Assembly: GCA_044892505.1 (NCBI GenBank)
Contig: CM097882.1
Span: 379,812,001-379,876,000 of the forward strand
DNA from: Schmidtea nova
Taxonomy: Eukaryota
Length of the DNA stretch: 64,000 nt
Direction of reading: 5' to 3'
Under the pieces are notes generated by a model, which worked only from the letters and a program-made list of their open reading frames with translations, was not told where the DNA came from and did not search any database. The translations under genes were made by a program, and so were the position numbers. Below are positions 26,701 to 36,083 of this stretch, piece after piece. Positions within the stretch are counted from its first letter, which is position 1. Every line of letters starts with the position of its first letter.

Positions 26701-29700
26701 GGGATAATTATCAGACAATACATGTCATCAGAATGGATGATGTGCAAAGAGCAACACCAAGGGATGAAAAAAGGAGAAAGAAACGACAAGAGGACGTTAT
26801 GCGCAAGCTGAGGCAGATAGTAGAAATCTATCGGAACTGGCAGATGAAGCCAGAATGGGAGACAATATTAGGAGAAGTGGATCTTAACAGACGACGATTG
26901 ACGCCAGTGGAAAAACAATGGGATAACAAGGAGAAATGTTGGAAAGTGAAAAGAGGCGTGTATGAAGAAGATCCGGAAGGAGAAGACGGATATGAACTGA
27001 ATACGAAACGGATATGTATGGTAACAAGGAAGTTATTACCAACGGACTTAGACGGACCAGAAACTGCAGTAATATGGGCAGAATTGGAGAAACAGAAAAC
27101 GAGTGAATTGATAGAGCTGTTGAGAGGAAACACTCGGGGAAAAAGACAAACAATAAAAGGCTTAGCACAATTCATAATCTCAAATGGAGAAGATATAACG
27201 AACTTGAGAAAAGTAGCTAAAGCGATAGCAGAATACAAGAGAGTTAACGAGTGGTGTCCAGAGCAACTAGACGATGTAATAAAAAAGTGGAGAAACAAAG
27301 AGTTTGCGGAGGAAACGCCACAGAAAATACATTTGAGGATAATGTATCCGAATCAGAGAAAAGAAGAGTTTTGGGTGATGCTAACGGAAAAAGTGAAAAG
27401 TGTTAAAGAGAAACTGATGTACGAACTACCATTCCACCTGCAACATCAAGGACGATCGTTGGATAACAATTTGGAAATCTGGCTGACACCAGTGCAATTG
27501 GATCTAATGAATACGCTAACAGTGGCACAAATAGTGGGTCAACCACTGAAGTTTAAAGAGGAAAAGAAAGCGAAAGGAAGCATGAGTACACCAAGTCCGA
27601 TGAAGTCAACAATGACCCCAGGAACAAGTTCGGGACAAGCAAAGACAACACCAATAAAAACGAGAGAGAGAACACCGCCAGAAGCGTATGACGTCGATGA
27701 GATACTAACAGATAGTGATGAGGCGATAGAAGAACTAACGAAGTTGACTCAAAAACCAACGGCGAATATTTTCGACAGAATAATAGAGATGCCAATAACG
27801 TCACCAGCAGAAATCGACGACCAAGGAGTGGAACAGGAGGTAGTCATAGAAATGGTAAACGATTCGGAAGACGAACAAGAACAACCACAGTTTACTCAAG
27901 AAATGGAAAGATGGTTGGAACAACGAGCAAACGAAGGAAGAGATGTGACGGAAGAAACAGGAAGAGCAACGAGATTTGTAGAAACCGGAACTGGAATGGA
28001 AAAACGACCAAGAGGAAGATCAAAGATAGATCCAGCAACAGCAATTCCAAAGACAAGAGAAGAAAGGAGACAAGAGCAATGGGAGATTTGCTTGAAGAAA
28101 TTGGATAAAATCGCAGAGATCAGAGGAAAAGAAGAGAATCAAGTTTGTCAAGGAGAAGAATGGCTCACCAAAACGATAATGGATGTGTTAGCGATAATTG
28201 ATCCAGAATTAAAGAATTTGTGGCGGATAAACGAACCTAGTACAAAGGCACGGATGCTACACAATGCAATAGCACCGATTATGCCAGAATTAATTAAAGC
28301 GAAAACAAAATCGAATCATCTAGATTGGCAAGGAACCACAATGTTAATAAAAAGGCTACTGAACGGAGCAGAAACGGACAGCAAATATCTAGTAGCAATC
28401 TCGTATACAATATACAATTTGTTAACGCTAAGCCGAGGAAGTCCGAAGTCAAGTCCGATGGGAAGACATATTAAAAATACGGCGTTGATTATCGAGAAAG
28501 AAATTGAACCATATATCCTCAGAAAAGGAGGATGGGAAAAGTTCATAAAAGAGAACCAGACGAAAGAAGGCTCAAACGTCATGAGAAAGAAACTCGAAGG
28601 AGTATTGAGAGAAATGGAGAATAGACAAACGATGCAAGGAAACGGAAGATCGACGTTGAATTTGAACTCGATAATCATGATGATGTTAGTATGGTTGTTA
28701 AGCACAGAAGGTGTAACAACGTTCGAAGTATTTGATTGCGATCAAATGAAGTTAGGAGAAAAGTACTCATTGAGAGGTACGGAGCAATGCAAAGATGCAA
28801 CTCCCGTAGAGTTAAAAGAGATTAAAAAGGAACAATGGTACAACGTGTATCAAGAGGCAGAACTAATAAAGACAATGGTGAATGAATGCAAGGTGCAGAA
28901 GACGAGATTCGCATTTTATTGTGGGAGAGGACATTATTCAGCAATTGTCATGCCAGGAACAGAAAGAGAACCAATCGTGTTGCAAGGAGAAGACTGCGAA
29001 GCATTATTTAAACATGGAGAAGTAACAACGAGAGATAAAATCAAGATAAGAGGAAAGCCAGGAATGATGTTACAGCAGACGTATTATGTAGCAGGACGAA
29101 TTACGGGAGGAGAAGGGTATTGTCAAGGAGAAACCTACCCAATATTCGGAGTGCCTGCAACCAACTTAGTTGTGATGGATACGTACATAGTTGAACTGAA
29201 AAGTTACGAAGCATTTTTTGAACCAACCACAGGAGAAATGAAAACGTTATCCATGTGTAAAATCGACAGAAGCATGTGTCAAACGGGAATGTCAACATTG
29301 GTGTATAAACCAAAGGTGAACGAATGTCAATTACAACTGCTACAAGGAGCAAAGTTTGACGAAATTCAAGGGAAAACATTCCAAGAAGAAGATGATGATG
29401 ACAAAGCTAGAGCAAAACATCTCAAAGAGGCTTTAGAGAATAAAAGACAATTGAGACCAGATCACAAAGAAAAACGGATAGAGATGAGAACCACACCAAC
29501 AGTGCTGATAACCACAAATCAGGATGTGGGAATGAGATTCATAAAAGGGAAAGCAACCCTTAAGTGCAGTACAACAGTATACGAAACAAACTATCCAGGA
29601 ATATACGTGTCAAAGCAAGAAGTGCCGAATGCGAAACCCAAGATTGACACCATGGATATCAAGCTACACTTGTATGTGAATAATAAAATGGATTTCTTAT

Positions 29701-32700
29701 TCCATAGAGGACAAGCCTCATTGCAAAAAGTGTACTATGACCTGATAAACAACGATTGTATACTGAATCGAGAAATATTAAAGACAAAGTTGGCCGTAGC
29801 GATTACGAATCCAGATAGCGCGATGCCGTTATTACCACTGAGAGAAGGACATTTCGGAAGAGTGGTCGGAGAAGCAATGTATGTATACATTTGCGAAAAG
29901 ACACACGCATCGCTAGCAACAACAACGCAGTTGAAACCTGGACAATGTACAAACGAACTAGAAATCGATTACAAAGGAAAAGTACGATACGTTCAACCGG
30001 TGACGAGAATCATCAATCCACCAAGTTTTGAACCAAATCCATTCAACTGTAGTAACGCGTACGGACCGCTTTATCAGAAGCCAGATGGCAAATGGGTCAT
30101 GTTCCCAGGAAGAACTGAAGTATTAGCACCAAGAGAATTTGAGCTAATGCAGTTGTCAAAAGATAGACAGTTCAGCGACGTAGATGTCTCAAACAACGGA
30201 ATCTATAGTCCAAAAGATCTGGAAGCAGCAAGACAGAATATACTATTTCCGGCAAGAAGAGAAGCATTACTGTCAAATATCGTAACGATAACGGGAGGAA
30301 CGAATTATCGAGAAGGACCGAATTACGAACTGCTGTTGTCACCGGCACATTTCAAGAAAGCCACAGAAAATATGATGAAGGCGATGTGGGGAAGATTCCT
30401 GATATTTGGACAAATGATGGCTGGAATACTGGGAGTTATATTGATAATACAAATCGTCAGAGTGATAATAACGCAGATGTTAGCGTGTTTCGACATCTAC
30501 AAGAGAGAAAAGAAAGTGAATTGGAAAATGGTAGTAGGATTTTTACCATTCCTTGCGAAAACGATGGTGTTACATGGACACTCAAAAGACATACATCGAA
30601 TAAAGAGGTTGTTGAAGATACTTGCAAAAATGAAAGGAACTAACGAAGATGTCGGAAGAAAATTCAAAAAGATAATGCAAGATGAACAAGCAAGACGACA
30701 ACTGAAGAAGGAAAGGAAAGGATTATGGGAAAGAGTGAGAGGATATCGAACACAAGATGATTCAAGTAATGATGACGATGATGATGACGATCGAGGAGGA
30801 CAAGCGAATATAAACCAGATTCCACAGTATACCGAAAAGAGTGCAGTTGAGAATTGGAGATACAGCGCTCCACCTCAGTCGATGTATAACGAACCGATAT
30901 ACAAAGCGAAGCCGAATATGATGCAGATGATGCCGATGACAAGTATATACCCGATAATTCCAGAAGGATGCAAAGTAAAACGAGGTAGTAGCGTAAACTC
31001 GTTGGAAGACACGCACACGATAGCAGTTATGTCCACAAATATGGGACCCATCTTAACAACAACCGTAGAAATAAACGGAAGAGAAATTGAAGCTATGATC
31101 GATACAGGCGCGAATATTTCGGCGATCGACATTAATTATATACCAGAGAAAAACCAAGGAGAAATCGAGAAGACGAATGTACATGTAATCGCGTGCAGTC
31201 AAGAGACAGTAGAAGTAGCCGGAAGATGGTTTGTAAAAATTAAGCATCGAGGTGCAGAGATCAACACGTACATCGCTGTAATACCATCGCTGAGTGTACC
31301 ATGTATTATTGGAACTGACCTGATGCCAGACCTGTTCAAGGAAATCGTGATTGATCTAGGAGCAATGAAACTAAAAGATAGAACAGGAAAAATTTGCAGA
31401 ATGAAAGTTAAAGTGGCAAGTGCAGAACAAATAGTAGTGCCAGCGAGACATGAAAAGATGTGTTATGTCAAGATCGATTCAACAATAAAGGGAGATATGA
31501 TATTCGAACCAAGTAAGAAGTTCGAAGCGAAGAAGGAATTACCAATGGCAAGAGAACTGGTTACGACAAACCAAGAAGGTGAGATACCGATTAATCTGGT
31601 AAATTTCGACGAAGAGGACAAGATAATATACGAGAATGAGAGATTGGGTAAATTGACACCCATGTCCGAAATCGAAATACCAGACAAGAATGAGTGGGCA
31701 AAGGCCAAAGAAACGATCAAGCAAAGTAGACTAGGAAACATAGAACCATCCAAAGATATGGAAATACGAGAATTCGAGTCTAGCACACTCGCGGTTCAAG
31801 CGTATGAAAGATTAATTGAAGAAATTAATGTCGAGGACGACATTTTTAAAGGACCAGGGGGTGGTTCCAAAGATCACAACGATAAAGGAGACGCCGAAAA
31901 GGAGAACAACGAGGATAACAACAGCAACAGCGACAACAAAAGAACGGAAGATGAGGAAAGAGAGAGACAAGAAGAACCGAAGCCAACGAGAAACGACAAG
32001 AAAGGAGAAGCCGAAGAACGAGACAACAGTGGAACAAAAGATGAACATGCGAACTATGGAAAACGAACAGGAAGTCTACTTTTGAGACCAGAAATGTTGT
32101 GTATTGCGATATTGATAACAATCATCGGACAAGGAGAAGCCAAGAAACAACACGTCACGCTAGAGATAATCAGAGGAAACGAAGTATACGAAAGAATATG
32201 CTGGAAAGAAAACATGAGGAAAAACGATACGCTGAAGTGCATATTGTCAGATTTGAAGAAAGACGTCATCCAAATCAAAGGATTGGAGAAAGAAAAGTCA
32301 TACATAATATGCGCAATAAAGCAGAGAGGAGAACCGAAAGCACCTCAAGTAACTGCATGTCAATTATATAAAGCAACAGAAGCGCTGAAAATACAGAAAT
32401 GGATTGAGAAAAGAAGCGAAGAGACAACGAGAAGAACAGAAGTAGAATCGGAGAAAGGGAAGAATCAATCTGAAGCAGAAAAAGGAATCGGAAACCGAAC
32501 GGAGAAAGAAAGAATAACCAAAAATTCAGCGGGAAAATTAACATTCCAACCGGAATTGATATGTGTAGCATTAATACTAATCCTCATTAAGAGAATCATG
32601 GAGGACATAGATATTAGCGTAATGACGTTAGTAAATATCCAAGACCAACGAACAACGAACGGAAGATGTTGGGGACGAAACAATGAGGTAATTGGAATCA

Positions 32701-34019
32701 GCGAAACAAGAGAAAGTCGAGAGGCAGAGACAAATGAGGAAATCGAGATAACCGAAATGGAAACAGAGAAAACATGTGAACTATGCCTCATGGAAAAGGC
32801 AGCAAACGGAAACAGACCAGGAACAAGCGAGTGTAAAGTGTTCCAAGCAAAGGAGATAATTGAGTTCCCAAAAAGAAAGAAACAAGATCAAGAAACGATT
32901 GCGAATGAAGTAGTAACAGTGGAGATAAAAAACATTGGTCGGAGAACAATTGGGATGTGTTGGAGAAAATACATCGGAGTACCGACCAACAACGTACTAC
33001 CGCAATGCAAAACGAGAGAACGAGGAATCCCGTTTCAACTAAATGGATTCGAAGTCGGACAAGCATATGAAATTTGCGTAATCCGAAGAATAAGAGAAAT
33101 AATACAAAGAAGCCTGGAATGTAAACTATACAAGACGCCAGAGCAAATTAACGGAACAAGAACGATCGAAATGGGAGGAAGTCGACAGAGGAAAAGAAAG
33201 TCAAGAAGAACCACGACAGCCAACAGTCAAGGAACTCAACAGGCAACAACAGAAAGGATGACAATAGAAAACGAACCGGAATCAACAACGTTGATAATAT
33301 GGAAGATCCATAAAAAGGTCCTAGAAATCTGTTGGACGTTGATGCCAAACAGTATGGGAAAGTCCCCACGAAACTGTCAAAAGACATCAAATGACAAAAG
33401 GGAAACAATCGAGGTAGAAATGAGGAAGTTGAAAACAAATGCAGAATACGAAGTGTGTGCAATCGAAGAAGTAGATGCACAAGGAAATCAACAGGAAAGG
33501 TGTGAAACCTATTACACGCCAAGAAACGTAACGATAAAGAGGAGAATCAAAAAGTTAGAATTCCGAGAATTGAGTCAGAAGAGAGAACAAAACGAGAAGG
33601 AGGAGACAATACCAAGTCGACAAGAAAAATGGGAACCAGAGAAAGTGATCGAAGAAGTCAGACGGAGACAACAACAATACGAACAATGGGAAGCAGAATG
33701 GAAAGGTCAATATGGCGTGATGATAAACCAAAGTGAGACTCCAAGAAGGAGCATTGGGAAAACAATAATGGGATTAATCAGCATGGGAGTATTCATAGGG
33801 TGTATACCACTGATAACGATCATGATAGTATGTTGGAGATATGGCATGAGAAATAAGACCATAGCAGTAAAATGGCCAGACGTAAAGGTCATGAATTACA
33901 ACATAAAACTACCAAAAGAAGTACGAGAAGAGCTGAAAAGACGGTCAAGACATGAAGAGATGTGGGTACAGATCGAGGACGAGGAACTGTACGAAGGAAA
34001 ACCAGTAATAGTTGTATAG
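23745..34019 (+). CDS. 3424-aa polyprotein: Gag + 3 CCHC, UBL domains, Bcl-2-like domain, chuvirus-type env, retropepsin, dUTPase-like segment, 4 FN3-like modules, TM
   Basis: Gag FNGD..F..EF..RKQ..NES; knuckles at 24462-24614; EPYILRKGGWEKF (BH2-like) at 28500-28544; signal peptide followed by FDC..YSL..C..FYCG from 28668; TM at ~30395-30480; AMIDTGANIS (DTG at 31101) and IIGTD; terminal TM at ~33765-33836. Confidence 0.93.
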   Translation: MSDHREDLREKFKGEPFNGDASRLDTFLKEFGIFVDICGWSAETLANRIPLYLKDSALDLYIEKRSGSSPPRTWEAIKEFFQQTFGINKVLNEAFDEFSARKQRRNESNAVYASELRKLAKLAFNRGSPVDEELMTALFVRGLRRPDIRAQVGCKGCKTVDEALEAANLFELHMAMNDMRITAVMGKTTEDEEQGKRNMNQSIPHSQRLFKEPPTRKNNGYITVNTNGGNSYNDRQNRQCQTCGKNGHWQQDCFQNVACKLCGQKGHSENRCYGKTCYTCGKTGHMSKDCNQQRNWSNSGNRPNYGNRPSYGNQGQQRNNPNSSANEASMKEAKLRQEVSRLHEIIESMAKGSQQAAQPKINMIQLIEAEAERENRESQQKHNQEWARVRREEEQVRQQRLQQLKKGNPRINMMRAMMEEKQQDESDELEVKEKRNEEQKQEEVSQEVEATEQNQKVEEVEKETEIEKETEKETNQEEEVRIKQRGMLVIMPNDHVWRFKYDVKEEVGRLFNKVNEMMPGVTKLPREAFLQTEDLPEVKLKMTDIWEDMGVTETKINVMIIREVEPEKIPPPVKHQTRISRIFKGKIRRRRLEEIDELEKRMGKAEVTGNENELIQEVSKNEARPIAHIGMLRHPRQELSDEEDDSEVSSLAGDMLKEPENEDKKMEVVETIETMSVKEDEIQKLMDNALEVIHNEEFIDTKRYRKFIRAVWQMKYKEWLQEREVRVIQEFIEKLLKEPLNEYVIQIWINECSPRIWIRNPMTDGIYRWVEDRLGSSYQDKFIYSENGLVRKGTHMIDTGIWPGEITTLSICNTKKEENLQGIVKEANTCYEMRIKPQLLEAKERILAENLNTMIEQIIQQIKKHRKKLTKSEYENLKQCIENIRDTSQTRHSNFKTDKLIAKMGKEMFKRGEVSDLKITVRLPNEETRQIEVIPDSKVGEIVDVINETILQREREDEFEDDIAIKYKEHLLNERDERRAYKIGIWDNYQTIHVIRMDDVQRATPRDEKRRKKRQEDVMRKLRQIVEIYRNWQMKPEWETILGEVDLNRRRLTPVEKQWDNKEKCWKVKRGVYEEDPEGEDGYELNTKRICMVTRKLLPTDLDGPETAVIWAELEKQKTSELIELLRGNTRGKRQTIKGLAQFIISNGEDITNLRKVAKAIAEYKRVNEWCPEQLDDVIKKWRNKEFAEETPQKIHLRIMYPNQRKEEFWVMLTEKVKSVKEKLMYELPFHLQHQGRSLDNNLEIWLTPVQLDLMNTLTVAQIVGQPLKFKEEKKAKGSMSTPSPMKSTMTPGTSSGQAKTTPIKTRERTPPEAYDVDEILTDSDEAIEELTKLTQKPTANIFDRIIEMPITSPAEIDDQGVEQEVVIEMVNDSEDEQEQPQFTQEMERWLEQRANEGRDVTEETGRATRFVETGTGMEKRPRGRSKIDPATAIPKTREERRQEQWEICLKKLDKIAEIRGKEENQVCQGEEWLTKTIMDVLAIIDPELKNLWRINEPSTKARMLHNAIAPIMPELIKAKTKSNHLDWQGTTMLIKRLLNGAETDSKYLVAISYTIYNLLTLSRGSPKSSPMGRHIKNTALIIEKEIEPYILRKGGWEKFIKENQTKEGSNVMRKKLEGVLREMENRQTMQGNGRSTLNLNSIIMMMLVWLLSTEGVTTFEVFDCDQMKLGEKYSLRGTEQCKDATPVELKEIKKEQWYNVYQEAELIKTMVNECKVQKTRFAFYCGRGHYSAIVMPGTEREPIVLQGEDCEALFKHGEVTTRDKIKIRGKPGMMLQQTYYVAGRITGGEGYCQGETYPIFGVPATNLVVMDTYIVELKSYEAFFEPTTGEMKTLSMCKIDRSMCQTGMSTLVYKPKVNECQLQLLQGAKFDEIQGKTFQEEDDDDKARAKHLKEALENKRQLRPDHKEKRIEMRTTPTVLITTNQDVGMRFIKGKATLKCSTTVYETNYPGIYVSKQEVPNAKPKIDTMDIKLHLYVNNKMDFLFHRGQASLQKVYYDLINNDCILNREILKTKLAVAITNPDSAMPLLPLREGHFGRVVGEAMYVYICEKTHASLATTTQLKPGQCTNELEIDYKGKVRYVQPVTRIINPPSFEPNPFNCSNAYGPLYQKPDGKWVMFPGRTEVLAPREFELMQLSKDRQFSDVDVSNNGIYSPKDLEAARQNILFPARREALLSNIVTITGGTNYREGPNYELLLSPAHFKKATENMMKAMWGRFLIFGQMMAGILGVILIIQIVRVIITQMLACFDIYKREKKVNWKMVVGFLPFLAKTMVLHGHSKDIHRIKRLLKILAKMKGTNEDVGRKFKKIMQDEQARRQLKKERKGLWERVRGYRTQDDSSNDDDDDDDRGGQANINQIPQYTEKSAVENWRYSAPPQSMYNEPIYKAKPNMMQMMPMTSIYPIIPEGCKVKRGSSVNSLEDTHTIAVMSTNMGPILTTTVEINGREIEAMIDTGANISAIDINYIPEKNQGEIEKTNVHVIACSQETVEVAGRWFVKIKHRGAEINTYIAVIPSLSVPCIIGTDLMPDLFKEIVIDLGAMKLKDRTGKICRMKVKVASAEQIVVPARHEKMCYVKIDSTIKGDMIFEPSKKFEAKKELPMARELVTTNQEGEIPINLVNFDEEDKIIYENERLGKLTPMSEIEIPDKNEWAKAKETIKQSRLGNIEPSKDMEIREFESSTLAVQAYERLIEEINVEDDIFKGPGGGSKDHNDKGDAEKENNEDNNSNSDNKRTEDEERERQEEPKPTRNDKKGEAEERDNSGTKDEHANYGKRTGSLLLRPEMLCIAILITIIGQGEAKKQHVTLEIIRGNEVYERICWKENMRKNDTLKCILSDLKKDVIQIKGLEKEKSYIICAIKQRGEPKAPQVTACQLYKATEALKIQKWIEKRSEETTRRTEVESEKGKNQSEAEKGIGNRTEKERITKNSAGKLTFQPELICVALILILIKRIMEDIDISVMTLVNIQDQRTTNGRCWGRNNEVIGISETRESREAETNEEIEITEMETEKTCELCLMEKAANGNRPGTSECKVFQAKEIIEFPKRKKQDQETIANEVVTVEIKNIGRRTIGMCWRKYIGVPTNNVLPQCKTRERGIPFQLNGFEVGQAYEICVIRRIREIIQRSLECKLYKTPEQINGTRTIEMGGSRQRKRKSRRTTTANSQGTQQATTERMTIENEPESTTLIIWKIHKKVLEICWTLMPNSMGKSPRNCQKTSNDKRETIEVEMRKLKTNAEYEVCAIEEVDAQGNQQERCETYYTPRNVTIKRRIKKLEFRELSQKREQNEKEETIPSRQEKWEPEKVIEEVRRRQQQYEQWEAEWKGQYGVMINQSETPRRSIGKTIMGLISMGVFIGCIPLITIMIVCWRYGMRNKTIAVKWPDVKVMNYNIKLPKEVREELKRRSRHEEMWVQIEDEELYEGKPVIVV

Positions 34020-34141
34020 AGGGTGGAATATGAGTGTAAATAGTAGTGTAAAAACCAATGCATAACCGTATACGTATGGGTATAAATATTATAAAACATA
34101 AAAACAGAAAAAAGAGAATGATGTATATAATCTAGAAAACG

Positions 34142-34492
34142 ATGAATCAAGAAAATATCGAGATGTCGATGATGACAAGATGGAAAGTGCAATGTGACCT
34201 GCTAGCCAGAACAGTAAATGAATTACAGAGCCAGTTGACGGCCAAAACACAATTATTAACCGAGAGTTATAACTGTAATTTCGAAGCAATGAACAAAATT
34301 GAGATTCAACAACTACAGATAAACGAATTACAGAACGAGAACCGAACATTAAATGAAGTGAACAACTGGCAAGCAGAGGAAATTGACCGATTAACGAGAC
34401 ATGAAGAAGAAGAGATACCGGATAGTTGGACGAGCTGGATTGTGAATGAGATAGACGTGTATCCAGAGCCGGATTCAACTGAGGATGTATAG
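34142..34492 (+). CDS. 116-aa coiled-coil cargo protein
   Basis: Intact ORF with the same purine-rich sense strand; its C-terminus (YPEPDSTEDV) resembles that of the 386-aa ORF (FHEPEETDV). Confidence 0.65.
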   Translation: MNQENIEMSMMTRWKVQCDLLARTVNELQSQLTAKTQLLTESYNCNFEAMNKIEIQQLQINELQNENRTLNEVNNWQAEEIDRLTRHEEEEIPDSWTSWIVNEIDVYPEPDSTEDV

Positions 34493-34581
34493 TGAATAAG
34501 CGGAAAATTGTGTAAATACGTGTAAATAAAGAACCAGAAAAATCAAAAATATGGGGAAATTGATGTAAATATTGTTGTAGA

Positions 34582-35994
34582 ATGAGAGCAGAAAGTGAAG
34601 CAGATTACCAAACAATCGAGATTCTAAGAGGAGAGAATCGACAATGGGGAGTAAATGTGACGTGTGTAAAGTGTAAAAATTTACTGTTAAAACCGAGACA
34701 AACGGAATGTGGATGCAGGATGTGCACCAAGTGTATATTGCAAATAATCAGTGAAAGTGAGACAAGAAAGTGTCCAGAGTGTGACGATAAACTACTGATC
34801 AACGAGACAAAACCAGATAAAGCAATACAAAAGGAGATCTGGAAGATAAAAACAGAGTGTATAAACCAACCATGCGAATGGAAAGGACAAATAATCGAGC
34901 TAAGACAACATCTGGAGAAATGTGAAAACAAGAAAGCGATATGTGAAAAGTGCCAACAGACGATAACCATCAAGCAGTCAAAAAAGCACAAGGACGAGTG
35001 CAAAGCAGAGATAATAGAGTGTCAATACTGCGAACAAAGAGAGACGAGAGAAGTAATCGAAACAGAGCATCTCAACGTAGCAGAAGAGAAAGTGTGTAGA
35101 AAATTCAGAGGAATTTGTCCAAGTAATTGTGGAGCAGGAGAAGAAGTGATGTTGAAAGAACATTGGGAACAGTGCGAATCCAGACCAAGAAAGTGCGTAT
35201 GGAGTAAACAAGGATGTGCAGTAAAGAAAACGAGCAAAGAGATGAAAGAGCATTTGGAAACGGAAACGGTACAACACGCCGAGATGTTAACAGCGAATTT
35301 GAACGGAATGGAGCAAACCATACAGAAACTGGGAAAAGAAATCGAATCTCAGAGGATAATGACGGAGTTATTACTGGAAACGAGAGAGCAATTCGAGCTC
35401 ACCGGAGAAAAAATGATGGAGAAAATCAAAGTCATAGAGACATTGGTAAAAGAAGTAAACGTGAGACATCAAATGTGGATACGAGATACAGAGGATATCG
35501 AGAATTTACCGGTCGCACCATATGTATGGAAAATCAAGAACTTCAATGACAAATTCGCAGCAGCAAAAGCAGGAAGTCAAGTGTCGGTAACAAGTCCACC
35601 ATTCTATCTGTGGAAAAATGGATACAAAGTCCGGATGAGAATTTATGCAAATGGAGATGGATCAGGAAAGGAAACGCATGTGTCGTTATTCTTCGCGTTG
35701 TGTAAAGGTGGTTACGACGACATATTAGAATGGCCACTAGAAACAAAGGCTATAATGAGAGTGAAAAACTCGAAAGAAACAATAGCGAGAGTATTCAAAA
35801 TTGATGGTAAGCACGAAGCTTACAAAAGACCAACCACAGAATGTTCATTAGCGACTGGAGAACCAAAATTCATACCACACCAAACAACGTGGGAGATGTT
35901 GTACGATGACAACTTATATGTAGAATTGGAAATCGAAAAGAAAGCAAGTACAACAGTGATGAACACGAAGTGCACGAAAGGATGGTTAGAGTAG
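34582..35994 (+). CDS. TRAF: Intronless full-length TRAF-family protein (RING, TRAF zinc fingers, coiled coil, MATH)
   Basis: CVKC..PRQTECGCRMCTKC..CPEC; PDKAIQKEI..C.N..C.W.G; CVWSKQGC; MATH domain YVWKIKNF..SPPFY..GYKVRMRIYANGDGSGKETHVSLFF.L.KG.YDDILEWP. Confidence 0.95.
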   Translation: MRAESEADYQTIEILRGENRQWGVNVTCVKCKNLLLKPRQTECGCRMCTKCILQIISESETRKCPECDDKLLINETKPDKAIQKEIWKIKTECINQPCEWKGQIIELRQHLEKCENKKAICEKCQQTITIKQSKKHKDECKAEIIECQYCEQRETREVIETEHLNVAEEKVCRKFRGICPSNCGAGEEVMLKEHWEQCESRPRKCVWSKQGCAVKKTSKEMKEHLETETVQHAEMLTANLNGMEQTIQKLGKEIESQRIMTELLLETREQFELTGEKMMEKIKVIETLVKEVNVRHQMWIRDTEDIENLPVAPYVWKIKNFNDKFAAAKAGSQVSVTSPPFYLWKNGYKVRMRIYANGDGSGKETHVSLFFALCKGGYDDILEWPLETKAIMRVKNSKETIARVFKIDGKHEAYKRPTTECSLATGEPKFIPHQTTWEMLYDDNLYVELEIEKKASTTVMNTKCTKGWLE

Positions 35995-36083
35995 TCAGAG
36001 TGAACAACCCTGTAAATAAAGTGTAAAAATCGACGACAACAATAAACATATAGTATAACAAGTGTAAATTTGTAAATTACAGA

